Source: an uncultured Gemmatimonadales bacterium (GTDB lineage: Bacteria; Gemmatimonadota; Gemmatimonadetes; Gemmatimonadales; GWC2-71-9). From it: a stretch of DNA of 64,000 bases. The stretch lies in contig CAVOGR010000001.1 of NCBI GenBank assembly GCA_963695555.1, forward strand, positions 928,001 through 992,000, given 5' to 3'. The notes beneath the pieces were generated by a model. It was not told the DNA's origin. It did no database searches and worked only from the letters and a program-made list of their open reading frames with translations. Numbering within the stretch: the first letter of the stretch is position 1; every line of letters begins with the position of its first letter. The translations under genes and the position numbers were made by a program. Of this stretch, positions 57,992 through 64,000 are shown in pieces.

Positions 57992-59355
57992 ACTTCCAAT
58001 GCTCGGGCCAACGCGGCGCCGACTTCGGTGAATGACTCGACGGGCAACGTGCGGGGATCGAGTACGATACAGTCGTCGACCACCCGCGGCACGATGGCCG
58101 GCGTGCCAAGACGGAGCGCGCGCGCAAAACGGGTGGCGGCTCCCGGTCCGGGATCGAGGACCACGAGGCTGGTCGGGAGTGAAGCGCCAGCGAACGCGCC
58201 GCCGCCGACCACGGACTCTCCGGGCTGGACCGTCGGGTGGAGCGATTTGGGGCATACATCCGACAGGGCAAGCGCTCGACCCTCGAGGGTGTCCGCATCG
58301 AGCGTGAGCATCCGGAGGACCGGAATCTCTCCAATGGCCGATTCAAAGTCGCGGTAGAGGGCCAGCGTGGCCTCGAGTCCGGCCAGCGTCGATTTGTCGG
58401 CACGGAGGGCGCGAGCAAGCGGATTCCTCTGGCAGCGATCGATCAACGTTTGCCGCCCGACCAGGCACCCGGCCTGCGGTCCGCCGAGTAACTTGTCACC
58501 GCTGAACATCACGAGATCGGCTCCAACGGCCACAGCATCTTGCACCCTGGGCTCGTGGTGCAACCCCCAGGGTGTGAGGTCGGCAAGAAGACCGCTTCCG
58601 ACGTCGTACAGGTAAGGCAAGCCGGCCTCGTGGGCGAGTTGCGCCAAGTCGGCTGGGGCCGGAGACGAGACGAATCCTTGTTGGGCAAAATTGGATTGGT
58701 GGACGGTGAGAATCGCACCGGTGGCGTCGCTGAGCGCGTCGCGGTAGTCCCCGAGATGGGTGCGATTGGTGGTCCCGACTTCGCGAAGCCGGGCTCCGCT
58801 CTTCCTGAGGATGTCTGGAATCCGAAAGCTGCCACCGATCTCGATGAGCTCCCCCCGTGACAGGAGGACGTCGCGGCCGGCTGCGATCTCATTGAGCCCG
58901 AGGACCAGTGCCCCCGCGGCGTTATTCACAACCAGGCCCGCTTCTGCCCCACTGGCTTCAGCCAACAGGGTTCGACAGTGGGTGCTGCGGCTCCCGCGCG
59001 AGCCGCTCTCCAGATCGAACTCCAGCGTGGAATAGCCCGCGCACACCCGTGCCATGGCGTCGATCGCGCCGGGCGCCAGTGGGGCACGGCCGAGATTGGT
59101 GTGCAGCACGACTCCCGTGGCGTTGTAGACCGGGCCCAGCGAGGGGGCGGTACGGTGGAGCACCCGGCCGCGAATGTCGTCGGCCCAACTCACCGGTTCC
59201 GGACCGCCTCGGCGACGGGCCTCGTCCACCGCCTCGCGAACGGCGGCTACGACCACGCTCCTCGGCGCCGAAGCCAGCAACGGCTGGAGCGATGGTTCCC
59301 GGAGCAACCCGTCCACCGACGGGAGGCGCCGCCGAGGGTCGTCGTCGGCTGTCAT
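57988..59355 (-). CDS. selA: L-seryl-tRNA(Sec) selenium transferase
   Basis: NATGVVLHTNLGRA, VNNAA, SRGELIEIGGSFRIP, EVGTTNRT, FSGDKLLGGPQAG. Confidence 0.96.
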   Translation of the reverse strand: MTADDDPRRRLPSVDGLLREPSLQPLLASAPRSVVVAAVREAVDEARRRGGPEPVSWADDIRGRVLHRTAPSLGPVYNATGVVLHTNLGRAPLAPGAIDAMARVCAGYSTLEFDLESGSRGSRSTHCRTLLAEASGAEAGLVVNNAAGALVLGLNEIAAGRDVLLSRGELIEIGGSFRIPDILRKSGARLREVGTTNRTHLGDYRDALSDATGAILTVHQSNFAQQGFVSSPAPADLAQLAHEAGLPYLYDVGSGLLADLTPWGLHHEPRVQDAVAVGADLVMFSGDKLLGGPQAGCLVGRQTLIDRCQRNPLARALRADKSTLAGLEATLALYRDFESAIGEIPVLRMLTLDADTLEGRALALSDVCPKSLHPTVQPGESVVGGGAFAGASLPTSLVVLDPGPGAATRFARALRLGTPAIVPRVVDDCIVLDPRTLPVESFTEVGAALARALEV

Positions 59356-60638
59356 GCCCCGGAATCCGGCTGGGCCGGGGGCAGGGAATCACCCGGCGGC
59401 GCCGGCGCCGGGGCGAGCGAGTCGGGCTGGGCCGGAGGAGTGGGAGGTGGTTCCGGCACTTGAAGGCCAGCCGACGCGTCGGCCGCGACGCCATTCACGT
59501 TTCGTACGCCAAGCATTTCAATCATATAGGCGCCACCCGGGATCCACGGGGTGGTTACTCGCAGCACCAGTCGATCGGACAGCGCAGGCCGCGACTCGGT
59601 GCGCCGCGGCGTCGGCGTCGGCGTGGGTGCCAGTGGCGGGCCGGCCGCGCTGTCCGCGGCTTCGAGCGTATCCACTGCTGCGAGCGTATCTACTGCTGCC
59701 AGCGTATCTACTGCTGCCAGCGTATCCACTGCCGCTTGTGCTCGGGTGACGCTGTCGTCCTCGGCCGGAGTCCGAATAGCGGTCACGCCGATCGCGGTCG
59801 AATCCGGCATCCGCCAGACCCGAGCCGCCGTCGTGTCGTAGCGCGCGGCGGGGTCCAGAAACTGGGAAAACGTGATCGTGGCGCTCAGGCTGTCGCGCAC
59901 TGCGATGCTCTGCATCCGCGGACCGATCGTGTCGTGGGGGAACGTCCAGATTTCTCCCACGTCGGTCTGGCCGGGTCCCACGCGAACAGTGTCGAACGCC
60001 TCGCGCGGATCGCGCCGCTGGTTCCGATTCCCATCCAGCACGCCCACGACCACGTAGTCCCCGTCGGGCAGCGGATCGAGAACAAACGCGCCGGTTGAAT
60101 CGCTGAGGCTCCGGTATGCGAGGCGGTCGGGCAGCAATTCTGCCTGCACCAGCGCCCGTGGCGCGGCCTGGCCGCGGGTCCAATCGAGCACGCGTCCCAC
60201 GAGACGGTGCTGGGGCGCGGCAGCTCCGGTGGTGAAGGTGATGACCACGGACGTATCGGATCGGTTGCGTCGCAGGTCGACGATGCCCGGCAGGAGCTCG
60301 ACTCGGTAGACCCGATTCGGCTGCCATCCCTCCTTCGGCTTGACCGTGATCCGGCTCCGCTTCCAGGCAACGCGTGGAACCTCGTCCGAGGGCGACAGGA
60401 TGATGAGACGCTCGAGGTCTCCGGTGCCGAGCCCTTGATTCGGGCTCGTTCCCTCGGAGATGACCTCATCGAAGAGGAACTCGGCAGCGTCGTCGAAGCC
60501 GGGCAGCACTCTCAGTGAGTCTGGGCGCACGGTTACGACGCGTGGAGGTTGGAAATCGGATGGGCCGCCTGGCGGCGGCTCCATCTTGGCGCAGGCGAGG
60601 AGCAAGAGCAGGGTTGCGCCGACGGCCCGTGAGGTCAT
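59352..60638 (-). CDS. Ig-like (Big_5-type) domain lipoprotein
   Basis: LLACAKMEPPPGGP lipobox start, FDEVI, FTTG; Pro-rich tail. Confidence 0.85.
   Translation of the reverse strand: MTSRAVGATLLLLLACAKMEPPPGGPSDFQPPRVVTVRPDSLRVLPGFDDAAEFLFDEVISEGTSPNQGLGTGDLERLIILSPSDEVPRVAWKRSRITVKPKEGWQPNRVYRVELLPGIVDLRRNRSDTSVVITFTTGAAAPQHRLVGRVLDWTRGQAAPRALVQAELLPDRLAYRSLSDSTGAFVLDPLPDGDYVVVGVLDGNRNQRRDPREAFDTVRVGPGQTDVGEIWTFPHDTIGPRMQSIAVRDSLSATITFSQFLDPAARYDTTAARVWRMPDSTAIGVTAIRTPAEDDSVTRAQAAVDTLAAVDTLAAVDTLAAVDTLEAADSAAGPPLAPTPTPTPRRTESRPALSDRLVLRVTTPWIPGGAYMIEMLGVRNVNGVAADASAGLQVPEPPPTPPAQPDSLAPAPAPPGDSLPPAQPDSGA
59664..59735 (-). repeat. In-frame 18-bp tandem repeat x4 (AAVDTL)
   Basis: (G/C)AGCGTATC(C/T)ACTGC(T/C)GC x4 on the + strand. 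Confidence 0.95.
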
Positions 60639-63364
60639 GCGCAGCCGAGCAGCCGTCGCTTCTCCGCCAGCACCGTCGACTGCTCTTGCCACGCGCTGAG
60701 TTTGCGGCGCTCGTTGTCCACCACCAGGGCCGGGGCTCGCTCGACGAACTGTGTATTGGCGAGCTTGCGGTGTTGGGTCGCAAGCAGTTTCCCGAGCCGC
60801 TCGATCTCCGTGCCCAGCCTGGCGCACTCGCGCGCGATGTCGATCGCATCGCCCAGCGGTACGAAGATGCCGTTGCCATCGGACAGTACGTCGTGCGCGC
60901 CCGGTTCGTCGGTCGGCTCCCCGAAGCTCAGGTCGGCCACCTTCGCGAGGCGTCGAATAGTCTCTCCCTCCGACTCGAACACCGGATTTCGCCACGCGAG
61001 GCGGACATGCACCTGGCGTCCCGGCTCCACGTGGTACTCCGCTCGAATGGCCCGAATCGCACCGACCAATTCCTGGACCAGTGAGAAGGCGCGTTCCGCT
61101 TCCGGATCGCCGGCCCGCGGGTCGGGCAGTGGCCATGGCGCGCGCATGATGCTCGCCCCTGCGGCGTGTCCCGGCAGCTGCTGCCACAGGGTCTCCGTAA
61201 TGAACGGCATGATGGGATGGAGCAGCCGGAGCGCCACTTCAAAGGTCTTCACCACGACGGCCCGTGCAACGTCTCCACCGGGCTCGTCTCCGTAGAGCCG
61301 CGGCTTGACCTGTTCGAGGTACCAGTCGGCAAGGTCCGACCAGAGGAAGCGGTACACGGCATTGGCCGCGTCATTCAACCTGAACCGCTCGTACGCCTCC
61401 GTTGCCGTGACGACGGTGCTCTGGCATCGGGCGATGATCCACCGATCGGGCAGCGTGAGTTCCTCGGGCCGGACCACGGCTGGATCGGGCCCCGCGAGTG
61501 GCCGGGTCGGTCCGTCGATGTTGGTCAGGATGAACCGGGCGGCGTTCCAGAGCTTGTTCGCAAAATTCCGTCCCGCGGCAAAGGACGATTCGAGGTCGTC
61601 GGGATCGAGGATCAGGTCGGTGCCGACCGCCATGCCTGAGATCATCGTGAAGCGGAGCGCGTCGGCGCCGTAATGCTCGACCACCTCGAGCGGATCGATT
61701 CCATTGCCCAGCGATTTGGACATCTTGCGGTGCTGCGTGTCGCGCACGGTGCCGTGGAGATACACCGTGGAGAAGGGCACATCGCCCATGAATTCGATGC
61801 CGGCCATGACCATTCGTGCCACCCAGAAGAACAGGATCTCGGGTGCAGTCACCAGCGTGCTCCCGGGGTAGAACGCATCGAGATCGGGCGTCTCGTCCGG
61901 CCACCCCAAGCTGCTGAACGGGACGAGCCACGAGGAAAACCAGGTGTCGAGCACGTCCTCGTCCTGCCGAACGTCGCCGCCGCACGCGGAACAGGCGGTC
62001 ACGTCGGTGCGGCTCACCGTCATCGTTCCGCAGGCCGGATCGGCACAGTACCACACCGGAATGCGGTGGCCCCACCACAGCTGCCGCGAGATACACCAGT
62101 CCCGGATATTTTCCATCCACTGCGCGTAATCGTCGCCGCGGCGTGCCGGTATGAATGACAGCCGGCCGTCGCGGTAGGCCTCGAGGGCGGGCTTGGCCAG
62201 CGGGGCCATCTTGACGAACCATTGCTCGGACAAGCGGGGTTCGATGACCGTGTGGCACCGGTAGCAGTGCCCAACCGCGTGCCGGTGCGGTTCGACTTTT
62301 TCGAGCAATCCGGCTGCATCGAACTCCGCCACGACACGAGCCCGGGCTTCGAAGCGATCCAGGCCGCGGAAGCGAGGCGGGGCAGCATCGCTGATGCGCG
62401 CCTCGGGGGTGAGGATGTCGATGACGGGCAGGTTGTGGCGCAGTCCGATCTCGAAATCGAGGGGATCGTGCGCCGGGGTCACTTTGACGGCGCCGGTGCC
62501 AAACGACGGGTCGACCCCGGCATCGGCTACGATGGGAACCTCGCGGTCGGCCACGGGAAGGCGCACAGTCTTGCCGATCATCGCGGCAAAGCGCTCATCG
62601 TCGGGATGCACGGCGACTGCGGTGTCTCCCAACATGGTTTCGGGGCGCGTGGTCGCGACGACCATGTGCCCGCTGCCCGATGCAAGCGGATAGCGCAGAT
62701 ACCAGAGGGAGCCGTCCACATCGCGCTTTTCCGCTTCCTCGTTGGACAGCGCCGTGTGGCAGCGAGGGCACCAATTGATGATGTAGTTGCCGCGGTAGAT
62801 CAGGCCACGCTCGTACAGGCGCACAAAGGCTTCCCGGACCGCGCGCGACAGCTGCGGATCCAAGGTGAAGTACGTGCGGGACCAATCACAACTTGCACCG
62901 ATGGCTTTGAGCTGGTCGAGAATCGTGGCCCCGGTCTCGCGAACGTGTGCCCAGACCCGGGCTTCGAACTTGGCTCGGCCGATGTCGTGGCGCGTCGTGT
63001 GGTCCTGGAGCATCAGGCGTTCCACGACGTTTTGCGTCGCGATCCCCGCGTGGTCCGTGCCCGGAAGCCACAGCACTTCCTTGCCGCGCATCCGCTCGAA
63101 CCGGACCAGCACATCTTGAACGGTGTTGTTGAGGCCGTGCCCCATGTGCAAGCTGGCCGTCACGTTGGGCGGCGGCATCATGATCACGTAGCGGGGCCGT
63201 GGCGACGTCCGGTCGGCCGCAAAGAAGTGAGCCGCCGACCACCAGTGGTACAGGCTGCCTTCGATCTCGCCTGGTGCGTAGTGCGAGGCGGATCCTAAGA
63301 GCTTGCCCGCGATGCCGGGGAGCCCACCCTCGATGGTCGCACCGCGCTGGAGCGTGTGGCTCAT
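60635..63364 (-). CDS. valS: Valine--tRNA ligase
   Basis: PPPNVT..LHMGH, DHAGIATQ, WCISRQLWWGH, KMSKS. Confidence 0.98.
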   Translation of the reverse strand: MSHTLQRGATIEGGLPGIAGKLLGSASHYAPGEIEGSLYHWWSAAHFFAADRTSPRPRYVIMMPPPNVTASLHMGHGLNNTVQDVLVRFERMRGKEVLWLPGTDHAGIATQNVVERLMLQDHTTRHDIGRAKFEARVWAHVRETGATILDQLKAIGASCDWSRTYFTLDPQLSRAVREAFVRLYERGLIYRGNYIINWCPRCHTALSNEEAEKRDVDGSLWYLRYPLASGSGHMVVATTRPETMLGDTAVAVHPDDERFAAMIGKTVRLPVADREVPIVADAGVDPSFGTGAVKVTPAHDPLDFEIGLRHNLPVIDILTPEARISDAAPPRFRGLDRFEARARVVAEFDAAGLLEKVEPHRHAVGHCYRCHTVIEPRLSEQWFVKMAPLAKPALEAYRDGRLSFIPARRGDDYAQWMENIRDWCISRQLWWGHRIPVWYCADPACGTMTVSRTDVTACSACGGDVRQDEDVLDTWFSSWLVPFSSLGWPDETPDLDAFYPGSTLVTAPEILFFWVARMVMAGIEFMGDVPFSTVYLHGTVRDTQHRKMSKSLGNGIDPLEVVEHYGADALRFTMISGMAVGTDLILDPDDLESSFAAGRNFANKLWNAARFILTNIDGPTRPLAGPDPAVVRPEELTLPDRWIIARCQSTVVTATEAYERFRLNDAANAVYRFLWSDLADWYLEQVKPRLYGDEPGGDVARAVVVKTFEVALRLLHPIMPFITETLWQQLPGHAAGASIMRAPWPLPDPRAGDPEAERAFSLVQELVGAIRAIRAEYHVEPGRQVHVRLAWRNPVFESEGETIRRLAKVADLSFGEPTDEPGAHDVLSDGNGIFVPLGDAIDIARECARLGTEIERLGKLLATQHRKLANTQFVERAPALVVDNERRKLSAWQEQSTVLAEKRRLLGCA

Positions 63365-63792
63365 GCGCTTTGGTCGGTAAGCCTCAGGTCGGGAATGCGG
63401 CGCTGGTCATCTTCGCCCCGGACCAGCACGCTGTTGATGAGGGTGTCGACGGCGGGCAGGCTGTGCACCAGTCGGGCGGCTCGGGTCCGGGCGGCGCGGT
63501 CGGCCACCCAGCCGGTCACTTCCACCGTGTGCGGGCCCACCGCACGGGCTGACAGGGTCGCGAACGCCGGATCTCCGGCCAACGCCGCCTGCGCCTCCGC
63601 GGTCACCTTGCCGGCCGTCGGACGTGCTGCTCGGCGCCCGCTCGGTATGCGGGACGGGCCGCGTCGGCCTCGGCGGGGTGGGGTCGGCCCAAACCACTCG
63701 CCGAGGAGGAGGCCGGCCATGAGTCCCGCCGCAAATCCTGCGATGGACCATCCGGCGGCTTGGCTCGGGCTCAGGTGCTCTTTCCGGTACAC
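63361..63792 (-). CDS. BON-domain membrane protein
   Basis: N-terminal Gly-rich TM; VEVTGWV...VDTLINSVLV. Confidence 0.75.
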   Translation of the reverse strand: MYRKEHLSPSQAAGWSIAGFAAGLMAGLLLGEWFGPTPPRRGRRGPSRIPSGRRAARPTAGKVTAEAQAALAGDPAFATLSARAVGPHTVEVTGWVADRAARTRAARLVHSLPAVDTLINSVLVRGEDDQRRIPDLRLTDQSA

Positions 63793-63887
63793 GCTTTCCT
63801 CTTACATATGATTTTGTTCTGCGGTTAAGTTAACACGGTTCTGCACCGAATTGAGAGATCGGTTTCCAGTCTGGCGTGGGGTGAACG

Positions 63888-64000
63888 ATGGCCGAGGAAA
63901 AGGTGAGGGTGACAACGACGGAGTGGGCTCGGTGGCTGCCCGTTCTGGCCATCGTACTGATTGGGGTCGTGCTGTTCTTCTGGTTTCTTGGCTCGAGCCA
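63888..64000 (+). CDS. Partial small membrane protein (runs off the window)
   Basis: ATG 63888: MAEEKVRVTTTEWARWLPVLAIVLIGVVLFFWFLGSS... Confidence 0.55.
   Translation, partial: MAEEKVRVTTTEWARWLPVLAIVLIGVVLFFWFLGSS

Noticed and set aside
59664..59735. CRISPR-like array
   Set aside because: Contiguous 18-bp in-frame coding repeats with no spacers and no cas genes.

Overview
High-GC (roughly two-thirds G+C) bacterial chromosome segment; gene content and order suggest Gemmatimonadota (inference). Most of it is housekeeping: rpsF-rpsR-DUF2232-rplI-fak-rsfS, ychF, hppA, pth-rplY-prs-tRNA-Gln-ispE, pdxJ, trxA, rsmI, dinG, gltX, purHN, gmhB, selA, valS and two tRNA-Ser genes. I found no integrase, transposase or CRISPR array. 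Main observations: (1) a four-gene signalling cassette at 37963-40481, hidden in the ORF track by frameshifts. It encodes a small lipoprotein ending in PCPPFC, a stand-alone ~7-TM protein, a sensor-less single-TM HisKA_3 kinase and a NarL/LuxR regulator. It is preceded by a perfect palindrome and looks like a peptide quorum-sensing-type system (inference). (2) A ~235-nt multi-helix ncRNA candidate between rpsF and a MOSC gene, with partial resemblance to raiA-motif RNA. (3) A dormancy/RNA-repair cluster (archease-rtcB-HPF/CSD, PRTase, hydrolase) with a near-copy of the palindrome close by. (4) A tandem His-less Hpt-like protein, probable CTG start codons, and D-S/T glycosylation-sequon-rich repeats near a DUF2723 transferase. 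Single-base indels (hppA and 39.4-40.3 kb) may be assembly errors.
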